The translations under genes and the position numbers were made by a program. DNA of 64,000 nt. Origin: Octopus vulgaris. Taxonomy: Eukaryota. The notes below the pieces were generated by a model. That model did not search any database and had not been told where the DNA came from. It saw nothing but the letters and a program-made list of their open reading frames with translations. This document shows positions 1-11,461 of the stretch, one piece after another (within the stretch, counting starts at the first letter, position 1; every line of letters begins with the position of its first letter). The DNA lies in the NCBI GenBank assembly GCA_951406725.2, contig OX597816.1:161324001-161388000 (forward strand). The letters are read 5' to 3'.

Positions 1-198
1 TCCTTAGACTTCCTCATTCCTCTCTACATTCTCTGTGTTAAATACTGCACTTATATCTTTTTTTCTTCATGTTCATCAACTTGTGATTATGAATTGCACT
101 AGAAAATATATTTAATAAATAGATAAATATATAATTGTGTTAATTACATTGGTCTACTTAAAAAATTGGGTTAAAAAAGAAGTAGATATATATATATA

Positions 199-555
199 TC
201 ATCATCATCATCATCATCATTTAATGTCTGCTTTCCATACTGGCATGGGTTGGATGGTTTGACTGAGGGCTGGCAAGCCAGGAGGCTGCACCAGGCTCCA
301 GTCTGATTTGGCAAGGTTTCTACAGCTGGATGCCCTTCCTAACACCAACCACTCTGAGAGTGTAGTAGGTGCTTTTAATGTGTCACTGGCATGGGAGCCA
401 GTCAGGTAGTACTGGTATCAGCCAGGCTCAAATGGTGCTTTCTGTGTGCCACTGGCATGAGTGCCAGTCAGGTGGCACTGGCATCGATCATGCTCGAATG
501 GTGCTCTTTATATGCCAGTCTGGTGGCACTGGCATTGGCCATTCTCAAATGGTGC
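199..555 (-). mobile_element. RTE-type LINE 3' UTR fragment with ~60-bp internal tandem units and (GAT)n tail
   Basis: Minus strand reads ...AGGAAGGGCATCCAGCTGTAGAAAC...AACCCATGCCAG...TTAAATGATGATG. The same sequence follows RTE ORF2 at 7030-7725 and 57165-58085. Further copies at about 4235-4520, 8668-8948, 12570-12780, 29820-30025, 31316-31640, 34910-35240, 55025-55285, 60790-61030. Confidence 0.75.
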
Positions 556-1477
556 TATGTGTGTATGTGTGTGGAGAGAGAGAGAGAGAGAGAGAGAGAA
601 GGAAAAATAGATGGACTGACAGACAGAGAGATAGATAGGTGCTTGCATGGTGTGCTTAAGAAACTTGTTTTCCAGCCACATAGTTTCATGTTCAATCTCA
701 CTGCATGGCACTTTGCATGAGTGTTTTTTACTATTGTCATGAACCAACTTGTGAGTGGAGTTGATAGACAGAAACTGAAAGAAGCCCATTGTATTTGTAT
801 GTATATATATATATTTTATCTGTGTCAGTCTCTTGTTACTCACAGTTCCATCTGTATGTGCCTAGGATCTTCAGACAACAAACTAACTCAAACCAAAATG
901 AAATAATTAATCTCTGTTATGGTATTGAGCACTCTTTCTACCAACAGTCAACGCTAAAATGGTTGCATGTGTGTGTGTGTATATATATGTGTGTACATAC
1001 ACATGCACACTCACACACACACACTAGCACATACAAACACACATGTCTATGTACATATGTGTGTGTGTGTTTATGTCTCTGTCTTGACATTGCATAATTG
1101 TTGTAAATGAGTGTCCTTGTATATGCAAGCATAGAAAAGTGAACATTAAAATGATTATGATGATGTATACAGAGAGAAAGAGAGAGGGAGATAGAGTGAG
1201 AGAGAGAGAGAGAGATCTTTTGAGTTTCGTTATACTTTTCAACTTAATACCTTAAAGCTTGTCCAAGTCTCAAAGGGATTCATACAGCAAACTATCAAGA
1301 AAAGAATTCTTTATCCATTGACAAACACTTAGATTAAATATGACTTAAAAGAATAAATTATGTGTTGCAGCTAATGTCACTTAAGCCTGGCTTGTCTTTC
1401 AGTTCAAAATACAGCATACATACAATCACATCATTCTCTGTCACTCTATCTGTCTGTCCCCTCTTTTCTTTTTCTCT

Positions 1478-2540
1478 CGTAACTTTAAAGAACTTTAGTC
1501 CTTTCTTGCCTACCTTAAGTGCAGACTGATTAACCATTTTAAAAGTGATTTGGGCATTGTAGGTGTATCCTTGACGTTGTCAATTCTGATATAACAAGGC
1601 CCACTTGTTTGTTCCATTGGAACTTCGGTACTGCCATTAACAAGTGGTTCTGTGGTTTTGAAAACAATACACAGCCTGCAGATTCTTCTGGTTTGATATT
1701 ATGGAACTTTTCTCCTTCCATGTTGAAAGCATATTTTCTGTCAAGTTTGAAAGGCAATTCACTAGGATTAGCATTCTTTGATAGTAGAACAACCATGCAT
1801 GTCAGAAAGCCACCGAGATATCATGATGATTTCTACTGGACCAAAAAAGAAGGTAACCTATTGTTCTACATGTCATTTAGGAAGTCTTGGTAGGGTTGAG
1901 GTTTTGGATTTCATTGTGTTATTTACCCTAGATACCTTCAAAAATTACACCCTTCCTAAAACTCTGGGTCGAATAGAGATGATGGACTGGTCATTTCAAG
2001 TAATATATTTCGGAAACACTTTATAGGAATCCTCAAAGTCTTTGGTTAAAACATAGCTATCATCACCAATCTTCATCGCCAAGCTTCTTGTACCTTACTG
2101 TAGACCTGAAACAAAGTATACATTACTCCTGCAGAAAGTCTTGTTTCAATCACTCTTCCAGTTATAATGAGAAACATAGAGCCACCATTAGTAAGAGAGT
2201 CTTTAATTTATTCTCTGGTTGAGATATTGTCAGCAGAGCTGCACCCCATTACAATGAGGTGTTAGCAGAGTGAGGCCTAAGTGAGAAGTTGATGTGTATG
2301 GAGGATAATCCACAACTCATTTCTTATGATAACTGAGAAGTAGAAAATAATTTGGTTCACCCCTCCGATTTCAGCCTAGATTTTTCTATGAATGTAGCTA
2401 GAACATTTTATCCTTCTTTAGATGCCATTTACCAAGTAGATATAAATACCACAAATTTTTTAACTTGCATAATGTTATGGTTAGTTACTTTTTATAAAAA
2501 TAACATCACTGCCAATATCATACATTATAAAAAGAAAAGC
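1478..2540 (+). mobile_element. Degenerate Penelope-like element, reverse transcriptase plus linker
   Basis: Frameshifted plus-strand translation gives KCRLINHFKSDLG, NKWF, WFDI, HVRKP..YWTKKEGNLLF..GS..EV, RDDGL (1975-1989), PYCRP, ISKRV, KIIWFTPP and KYHKFFNLHNVMVSY. This follows the PLE motif order CRLINP..KSEIG / W.KK..FDV.MGS.DGAEV / YRDDGL / IIWFNPP / KIFN..VK.SY. Confidence 0.8.
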
Positions 2541-3053
2541 ATACACCTGTGTAGTCCTATCCCTGGCATCCACCTGCAGCTACTGAAATCAATCCATCTA
2601 TCCACTGTTTGTTTTCACTATTTTCCAAGACAGTAAATTATAGGTGTCTCTCACTCCACTTGACAGTATCTCAAAGAATGACATGGGACTCACAGTCAAC
2701 AACTTTGTGGTAAGTTTCACTCAGCATAGGTACTCATTAAGGTCCAAGGGTAAGGAAAACCATTATATTATTTAATCTGGAAACATATGCCTTGCATAAT
2801 TTGGAGCTTACTCAGCAAGGTACTTTTAGGAACCCTCAAAAATGTAATCATCCACTGCTTTTGTACATTCACAGACAATTAGAATAAGAGATATCCTACT
2901 CATAAAGCAGGTTAGGGTTAGTTACAAGAAGAACATAGTGCTGTAAAACATTACCTCAATCATACATTCGTCGGACCCTTGATAGCACGAGATACCTTCT
3001 GATTTGTCTATAATGTATATACATGTGTGCATGTGTGTATATAGAGAGATGTA

Positions 3054-3088
<35 letters not shown>

Positions 3089-3199
3089 CACACATGTATA
3101 TACCCTCAAACAGAAAACATTTAATAGAACTGCATACCACTTCAAAAAGTAGTTATGAATAGCAAATACAGAGAAAAAGAAATTTCCTCTAGACCTGAA

Positions 3200-3910
3200 C
3201 ACACTCAGCTAATGAAACAAAAATTATAACTGTAATGTAATCTCATTCAACCATCTATTTAACCTCAGTGTGATATCTAATATTGCAAAAAGCTTTCTAA
3301 ATATGATCTGGAAATATTTACCCACAGGACATTAAAAATATTCCAAACTATTTAACTGGAAAAACTTAAAACTTAGTTATAGTTACATGACTAACATGAG
3401 GAATATCATCACAGGTAGCAGACAACCCAAGGCACGCAATAGGCACTCCAAAGCACTAAGCCCAACAAAATACAGAAACCAATTCTCTGAATAGTTATCT
3501 AAGTATTCTCATCAAACTAGGTGGTAGGAGAGACAATTTATGCAAAGCTGAGTCATTTGTTTGCCTACTACTTAGTCAGTTCCAAGAGACATATAAGCTC
3601 CTTAATCCTGTATTGACAGATGTGAGGTCAGTTTCAAGAGCTGATACATAAGCCATAGTTTCACTTTTAGACACAAAAACAAAAAAGACAACAACAACAT
3701 GCATTATCAAGTTACATATGGCACTTGAAAAATCACAACATTGATAGTTCTATCATTTGGTCTATAATGCCCCTCAACATTAAGTACATTCCCAGTTCAA
3801 AATTTTATGGCCTCTGCAATGATGAAAAGTATTTCATCCTCATCGAAATCAAGCATCTTAAGTATCTTCATGAAAAAAGTTCATTCTTTCAAAGTTTAAT
3901 AGAAACATCA
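3200..3910 (+). mobile_element. Second degenerate Penelope-like fragment: linker and GIY-YIG endonuclease C-terminus
   Basis: Translations NVISFNHLFNLSVISNIAKSFLNMI, KLFNWKNLKLSYSYMTNMRNII and HALSSYIWHLKNHNIDSSIIWSI...YIPSSKFYGLCNDEKYFIL match the PLE C-terminal pattern (LSKYIW.LK....I.WSI...C.LC..EK..I). Confidence 0.8.
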
Positions 3911-4151
3911 TGCCAGATTAAACAAATTAATCATATAAAAATCAAACGTCCAAAGTCCAGTAACTCATGCACAAGACAAGTTTGAAGTTACCAATATGTT
4001 GAATCATGGAACTAAACTTCATGTGAGAATGTTATCCATTCTATCAGCCAGATCAGCCAGTCTATCTGATGAATAACCATGAACAAGGATGTGAAACTGA
4101 GTAAGAGAATGGATAATCCTCAAATATACCAACCAACCACACTCACACACA

Positions 4152-4222
<71 letters not shown>

Positions 4223-4659
4223 TATTATTGCTATCATCATTTAATGTCCGTTTTCCATGCTGGCATGGGTTGGATGGGTCAACTGAAATCTGGTAAGCTG
4301 GGGACCACACCAGGTTCCACAGTCTGATTTGGCATGGTTCCTGCAGCTGGATACCCATCCTAACACCAACCACTGTGTGAGTGTAGTGGGTGCTTTTTAC
4401 ATGCCAGTTACGAAACACCAGCATTGGCCTTGACCATGATCTCACTTAGTTTGACAAGTCCTCTCAAGCACAGTATATTGCCGAATGTCTCAGTCAATTG
4501 TCACTGCCTCTGTGAGGCCCAAGGGTGTGTGTGTGTGTGTGTGTGTGTATCAAAAGGATGTGTTATTATACTATTCCACAAAAACAGCCACACCAACAAT
4601 CTGGCATACCACCATCGTCAGCTGCCCTACGGATATCATTATGGTTTCAACACCTGGGC

Positions 4660-5060
4660 TTTCACTTATTTCAGTCTTTGAACTATGGCCATGTTGGAGT
4701 ACCACCTTGAAAAGTTTTGTCAGACAAATAAACCCCGGTACTTATTTTTAAGTGTAGTACATATTCTGTCAGTCACTTTTTGCTGAACCACCAGGTTACA
4801 GGGATATAAACAAACCTACACCAGTTGTCAAGTGGTGGTAGGGGTACAAACACAAACACAGACACACACATTCACAGACTCACATACACACAGACTCACA
4901 CACACACACACACAATAGGCCTCAGTTCCTGTCTACCAAATCCACTTGCAAAGCTTTGGTCAGTCTGGGGTTATAGTAGAAGAAACTTGCTCAAGACGCT
5001 ACATAGTGGGGCTGAACCTAGAACCAATTGGCTGAGAAAGAAACTTCTTACCATACAGCC
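4660..5060 (-). mobile_element. tRNA-headed SINE family A (internal (CA)n, tail ...CCAGCATGGCC...ACTGAAA)
   Basis: Reverse complement of the family best seen at 46968-47405. Confidence 0.7.
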
Positions 5061-5357
5061 AAATGATGACTGCCATCATTTTATCACCACTTCTTATGCT
5101 GACATAGTTTGGAAAGTTGGACAGGATCTAATGAATTAGAAGACTACATAAAGTTCCAATGTTTTGGGATGGTCTGTATAGCTGGATATCTTTATTTGAA
5201 GCACTTAACAAAGTATGCTGAGAGCTTCTCTCATGACACTGACACTAGTGAGATCACCTTGTAACATGCTAGATTAAATCACTCCTATATATATGTATAC
5301 ACACACGCACATATGTATATGTGTATATGTATACATATATATGTGTGTATGAATATA

Positions 5358-6220
5358 TTAGGTCATCCCATGAATAATGCGTTTTTTTTTATACTTCTTT
5401 TATCATTTAAAATCAAGATAAAGTTCTCTTTTAATCTAAAATATACTCTCATTTTCTACAATGCTCTTCCAAAATTCCCTTGTCTAAGATGAAAAATACT
5501 CCTCCAGTACTGTTCTGACCTCATCTACAGAATTCATATATTTTCTGTCCAAATAATGTTGAAGACTGTGGAATAAATAATAATTAGATGGGGCAATGTC
5601 CAGTGAATATGGTGGGTGAAGCATCATTCCCCATTCAAACTGCACCAGCCTTTCCAATGTCATCCTTACTAAATGTGACCAAGCATTATCCTGGTGGAAG
5701 AAAACCTGTTGCCTTAAAACCAAAGATGGTCATTTTCCTTCTAACGCAGGTGTTGATGAATGGTTGAATGACCAAATCCAAGCTTCTCTGCTAGTTCCTC
5801 AACAGTTATGATGGGATTTTCTTCCATCAGGGTTTGCAGGATGTCCTCGCTGTGCTCTACAGATCTTCCAGGACGTGGATCATCTTCTAGGCTGTAGTTT
5901 CTGGCTCGAAATTTCTGGAACCATTGTTGACACTGGCTTATGCTTATTGTCCAATCCTCATATACTGCATTAACTTTCCATTGCATTGTTGCCTTTATTG
6001 AACTCAAAACAAAATATGCTGAATATGCTCATTTAAAACTTCACTTATAACTTTGAAAAAAATAACTGTTGAAATCGAACTACTCTCTTCCAAACTTTCA
6101 CTAAGAATAAGACCAAGTAAAATTACTAGCTGCTTTTATAGCAAGTTGATGCAGGTAGTTTATGCCATCCCTTTCTGACTTTTAGATTGAAAATGTCACA
6201 TTATTTACCGGATGACCCAA
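5358..6220 (-). mobile_element. Internally deleted mariner transposon (transposase pseudogene)
   Basis: Imperfect ~26-bp TIRs (TTAGGTCATCCCATGAATAATG / CATTATTTACCGGATGACCCAA) flanked by TA. ORF pieces show the HTH region (WFQKFRARNYSLEDDPRPGR..TVEELAEKLG) and catalytic C-terminus (FHQDNA, HPPYSLDIAPSNYYLF). The WVPHEL/first-Asp region is missing. Confidence 0.9.
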
Positions 6221-6295
6221 TATATATATGCATATATATGTATGTATCTATGTGTATGTGTGTGGGGGGAGGGTATATATAGATACATATATATG

Positions 6296-6331
<36 letters not shown>

Positions 6332-6337
6332 TGTATG

Positions 6338-6381
<44 letters not shown>

Positions 6382-7029
6382 AATATTATATGTGTATGTA
6401 TTTTCAATGGAATTTTGTATTACAAAATGTTATCTTGTTCATCGATCCATTAGTTTATCAGTTTCATCTATTCTTACATAAGAAATCTTGTTTACAATTT
6501 ACAAGATCAATTCTTTTCTTACCCTTTCTATTCCTTCCTCATTCTTTCTATTTCCATGTTTACTTCGCAATTGAGTCATATGGAATTGTGTCTTTCCCTG
6601 ACATTAATCTTCATGACAGAATCTTTTTGGAATTTACTTTATTTGTATCTTATTATTTCTGTATTTATTAGCAAGAAATGGATAATTTTAGATTTTTAGA
6701 CTACACAAATAGAAATGAATGAAATGAAAATAGAAGAGAGTTAAAGAATGAAACGCTGTAGAATATTTTAATCTCAAACTCTGTGTATTTATCTATTCAT
6801 GCTTAAGGTTATCAATTGAATATATCTTACTTTATTGCATAGCTCAATGTTATCCTAGTTCTACGTCATACAGGTATCTCTCTAGCCTACTTTATATATA
6901 TTTTTGTGTGTGTGTACATGTGTATGTGTGTGTGTGTATGCGTCTGTGTGTGTTTGTGTCTGTCTGTCTGTCTGTGTATGTGCATATGTGACCATGTAGT
7001 TAAGGATTAAACTCTGCAGCCATGTGCTT

Positions 7030-7725
7030 TTGGTTTGACTGAGGTCTGGAGAGCACAGCGGCTGCACCAGGCTCCAATCTGATCTGGTAGTGTTTCTACA
7101 GCTGGATGCCCTTCCTAATGCCAACCACTCTGAGACTGTAGTGGGTGCTTTTTACATGCCACTGACACAGGAGCCAGTCAGGGGGTACAGGCATTCACCA
7201 TATTCAGATGGTGCTTTTTATGTGCCACTGTCACAGGAACCAGTCAGGTGGACTCGGCATCAACCACGTTTGGATGGTGCTTTTTACGTGCCACTGGCAT
7301 GGGAGCCAGTCAAGGGACACTGGCCACAGCTACGATATTGGTTTTACTTGACTGAACAGGTCTTCTCAAGCATATCATATTGCCTGATGCATCAGAGGTA
7401 CTCTTAACTGGGCCGGACATGCATGGCTGTGATCTCAGTTGCTGGGTCTTATCAGTCACAGCATATCTCCAAAGGTCTTGGTCTCCTGTCATTGCGTCTG
7501 TGAGGCCCAATGTTCAAAGGTCATGTTTCACTACCTCATCCCATGACTTCCTGGGTCTACCTCTTCCACAGGTTGCTTCCACTGTTAGGGCGTGGCACTT
7601 CCTCACACAGCTGTCCTCATCCATACATAACACATGACCATACCTGCACAGCCGTCTCTCTTGCACACCACATTTGATGCTTTTTATGCCCAAATTTTCT
7701 CTCAGAGTGCAGACACTCTGTCATG
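7030..7725 (-). mobile_element. 5'-truncated RTE LINE (ORF2 C-terminus plus 3' UTR)
   Basis: Minus translation CGVQERRLCRYGHVLCMDEDSCVRKC...CGRGRPRKSWDEVVKHDL*TLGLTDAMTGDQDLWRYAV is the RTE ORF2 end, followed by the tandem-unit UTR. Confidence 0.85.
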
Positions 7726-7964
7726 GTGTCTGCCTGGATAATATATCCCTCCATACTCACATTTAACTCTGCCCATTTGACTCCTGATATTATTTATATC
7801 CTGTAAGTTGGACTATACATGTGTACATTTTTTCTATTAAATGTATTTAAATTGACTTTCCTAACTTGCTTCTCATTACATTTTCTCATGTACCAGCTCA
7901 AGTTCATATTTTTTGAGCACTTTGAAGTGTATGCTATATAGAGAACACTTGTCTCTAACCTATA

Positions 7965-8009
<45 letters not shown>

Positions 8010-8039
8010 CAAAATAAGCAACAAGGATATCCAAGGTAG

Positions 8040-8127
8040 TGTAGTACAATTGTTTCATGCTACTTCATTTTATGAAACACTGTAAGTATTACATCAGTTT
8101 TAAAATGTCGAGCAATCTTCAGCCACA
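8040..8127 (-). ncRNA. Type I hammerhead ribozyme-like motif with extended stem II
   Basis: UGUGG CUGAAGA [long stem II: UGCU/AGCA, CAUUUUA/UAAAAUG, AAAC/GUUU, UGUAA/UUACA] GAAA CAAUUG UA CUACA. Stem I UGUGG/CUACA; palindromic stem III; U-U at the base of stem II. Confidence 0.65.
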
Positions 8128-8218
8128 TATAGAATTTGATTTATATGGATAATACCATGCAAAATTCTGGTGCCTTTAATTTAAGTACCATATTCATCTG
8201 AATCTAAATTTTGCTGAA

Positions 8219-8269
<51 letters not shown>

Positions 8270-8272
<3 letters not shown>

Positions 8273-8667
8273 GGATGTGCTGCCTAGGTAGGCAAAGTAG
8301 GTAGTGCCTAATTTGAGTAAAGTAGATCAATAGCAACATTTTCCTTTTATTGCAAAATATGCACCTAATTCAGTAAAATCATGAAAGTTATTCTGATTAC
8401 TATGCATAAAATGCAAAATATTTTATTTTTTTGTAGATTAGGTTGGCATAATTTGCCCCTGCCTTTCAGTCTCAGTATTAAAGCTAAGCATAGAACTGCT
8501 GTAGTACAAGTGCTGCATACACTCCTATAACACCGTTTTCTTTATGTGCTATAAAGGCAAAAGTAAATCAACTCAGTCGTGCACCTGTGTTTCACTTACT
8601 TTTGTGTTTTACTACATAAAGGTCACCAACTGCTTACCCTGAGCAATTACTGACAGCACATGCCCTG
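8270..8667 (+). mobile_element. ~400-bp MITE, copy 1 of 3
   Basis: Short TIR CAGGGATGTGC / GCACATGCCCTG; homologous copies at 20862-21259 and 38903-39299 in the opposite orientation. Confidence 0.75.
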
Positions 8668-9103
8668 ACTGGTCCCATACTGGTGGCATGTTAAAAGCAC
8701 CATTCGAGTGTGATCATTGCCAGTACTACCTGACTGGCCCTCATGCTGGTGGCATGTAAAAAGCACCCACTATACTCTTAGAGTGGGTGGTGTTAGGAAG
8801 GGCATCCAGCTGTAGAAACTTTGCCAGATTGGATTGGAGCCTGGTGCAGCCTTCTGGCTTGCCAGCCCTTCGTCAAACCGTCAAACCGTCAAACCCATGC
8901 CAGCATGGAAAGCAGATGTTAAACGACGACGACGATGGTGATGATGGTATATAAGCACTGCGGTTGATTTGTTTGACTAAACCCTCCAAGATGGTACCCC
9001 AGCAATGGCCACAGTCCAATGACTAATTTAAGTAAAAGATAAAAAATAAAGATATGCACATGTATGAGTTCTCTTTCTCCTATTTGTTATTACCAAAGTA
9101 GCA

Positions 9104-9159
<56 letters not shown>

Positions 9160-9533
9160 TGTGTGTGTGTGTACTTGTGTTTGTGTTTGTATTACATATG
9201 CAAGAATCACTGGAGACACAAAAAAATGTAGAGTTCCAGCAGTTATGTTTGGACAGAAAGCTAATATATATCTAGCTATTTACATATGTTTTGAACGACT
9301 TGAAAGAAAGGAGAAAAAAAATCTATTTCAATGCAAGATCAGGTTTGTTTTTTATTGTTATTATTATTTTATTTAATAAAGTTTTGGTGTCTTGCCGAGA
9401 AAATATTATTTAACTATCTCCACAACAACAACAACAACAACAACAACAACTACAAGAGTGGTAATAGCAATAGCTTCTCTGGCCAATATTATTAGATAAA
9501 GTTTCTTTAAATCAACTATCTTGTACCTGAGAT

Positions 9534-9700
9534 CATCATCATTGTCTTCATCATCATCTTCATCATCATCATCCTCATCATCATTGTCTTCATCATCATC
9601 TTCATCATCCTTATCATCAACATCCTTATCATCATCCTCATCATCATCATCGTCATCATTGTTTTCGTCATTATCATCTCCTTCATCATCATCATCATCA
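9534..9700. repeat. Degenerate (CAT)n microsatellite
   Basis: Visible directly; explains the poly-M and poly-S ORFs. Confidence 0.95.
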
Positions 9701-10140
9701 TTGTATCATTGTCATTATACCACCATCAGCAGTCATTCACTTCAAAGCTCTTTTGCCATTACAGCTTGTCCCAGTACGTCTTCATTTTGTATAATCTCCT
9801 GTACGAAGTACATTTGCTCTCAATCCTCTCCCAGTTACTTCTTATCAAATCTTCTTTGGTCTGCTTCTACAACAGTATCTCTCCACTATTAATTCATGAA
9901 GCTATTATAACCATGTCACAGCATTTGTTTGCATCACATGTCCAAACCAATGCAGTCATCTGTCTTGCACACATTCTTTAATATCTTTCCTTCTCGGTTG
10001 CTTCCTCAACTTGTATTTACCAAAGTTTCTTCTATGTTAACATTTCATGACAAATGGATGACATTTGATTCTCTCTACTCACTGATGAAGTCTCTACTAC
10101 ACAGCATCACATATTCTTCAAAGCGTTTTATGTTTTGTAC
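9700..10140 (-). mobile_element. Old RTE-like LINE fragment
   Basis: Minus translation KDIKECVQDR*LHWFGHVM near 9930-9990. Confidence 0.5.
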
Positions 10141-10280
10141 GAAGAAGAATTTTGTAGTAAAAGATCTTTTATTTTTTAAACTTTTATTTGTTTCAGTCAT
10201 TGGACTTGGGCCATGGTGGGATACTTAAACAAATCACTCCTTGTACTTGTGTTCTTAAGTCTGTTACTTATTCTATAGGT

Positions 10281-10453
10281 ACAATTCTATATTTAAGAGA
10301 TGAGGAATTATGTACATTATTTACATTTGATGGATATTTGTCTTCATCTTGTTTTTTACTAACACAGCATTTTGGCTGATACACCCTCCAGCCTTCATCT
10401 GGTGTCTTGGGGAAATTTTGAACCTGGGTTCTCATTCCTAAGGTATTTTTCAA

Positions 10454-10527
<74 letters not shown>

Positions 10528-10774
10528 TCACTGCTTCGAATCAAACTTGGAATCTTGGGGTTAGTAGCCCATGCTCTTAACCACTACGCCATATGCCTGT
10601 GGACCTGAATAATAATAATTATTATTATAATAATATCAAAAAATACCTTAGGAATGAGAACCCAGGTTTGAAATTTCCCCAAGATACCTGATGAAGGCTG
10701 GAAGGTATATCAGCCGAAATGCTGTGTTAACAACAAACAAGATGAGGACAAATATCCGTCAAATGTAAATAATG
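10281..10774. mobile_element. tRNA-headed, hammerhead-bearing non-autonomous retroelement; full minus-strand copy (10281-10601) plus inverted head-less plus-strand copy (10602-10774)
   Basis: 12-bp TSD TATTCTATAGGT at 10269-10280 and 10775-10786. A-box TGGCGTAGTGG and decayed B-box on the minus strand; internal (AAT)n; CTGATGA-A-GGCTG..CAGCC-GAAA at 10688-10719. Interrupts a family-A SINE (about 10180-11055). Confidence 0.8.
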
Positions 10775-11228
10775 TATTCTATAGGTCTTGTTTGCCAAAC
10801 CGCTAAGTTTGGGAATATAAACAAACCGACGCCAGTTGTCATGTGGTAGAGTTGGGGCCAGACAATAACACAAAGCCACATACACACATATACATGTGAT
10901 GGGCTGCCACTCAGTTTCCATCTTCACATCCACTCACCAGGCATTGGTCAGCCTGGTGCTACAGTAGGAGACACTTGCCCAAGGTGCCATGTAGAGGGAC
11001 TGAACCAAAAAGTTTGTAGTTGCAAAGCAAGCTTCTAACCACATGACCATGCCTGTTCCTTATAAAGTTAAAAACTTTTTAATAAATATGTAATACATAT
11101 TGTTGTGTCATGGGACAGGCCTAAAATTAAAAAAATACTGGCGTCAATTCATTTAATTAAAACTCTTCAAAGTGATACCCCAGCATGGCCACAATCTATT
11201 GATTGAAACAAGTAAAAGGTAAAAGGTA

Positions 11229-11461
11229 CAGGGTGTTCAAAAAGTTTCTCCGCAGTAAGTATTTTCTTACAAAATAAATATTTATAAGACTACAAAAAAA
11301 TATATTAGACTTTACAAGACTTTAAAAACTTTATAAGAGGTGTTGAAAGTGTCGTCCTTCATTTTCAATACATAAGTTGACTCATTTACACATGCTTTGA
11401 AATATATCTTGGAGAGTCAGGATGAAAAAATTTACTGCTGAGAGACTCTTTGAACACCCTG
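11229..11461. mobile_element. Tc1/mariner-type MITE
   Basis: TA-flanked TIRs CAGGGTGTTCAAAAAGTTTCTCCGCAGTAA / TTACTGCTGAGAGACTCTTTGAACACCCTG. Confidence 0.85.

Noticed and set aside
1539-1796. Protein-like 85-aa minus-strand ORF
   Set aside because: It is antisense to the degenerate PLE reverse transcriptase on the plus strand.
5484-6007. Possible SETMAR-like or active transposase gene
   Set aside because: No SET domain; internal deletion, stops and TIRs mark a dead mariner.
6510-6750. Pyrimidine-rich / purine-rich complementary arms
   Set aside because: Low complexity makes chance pairing likely; cannot be supported without a shuffle test.
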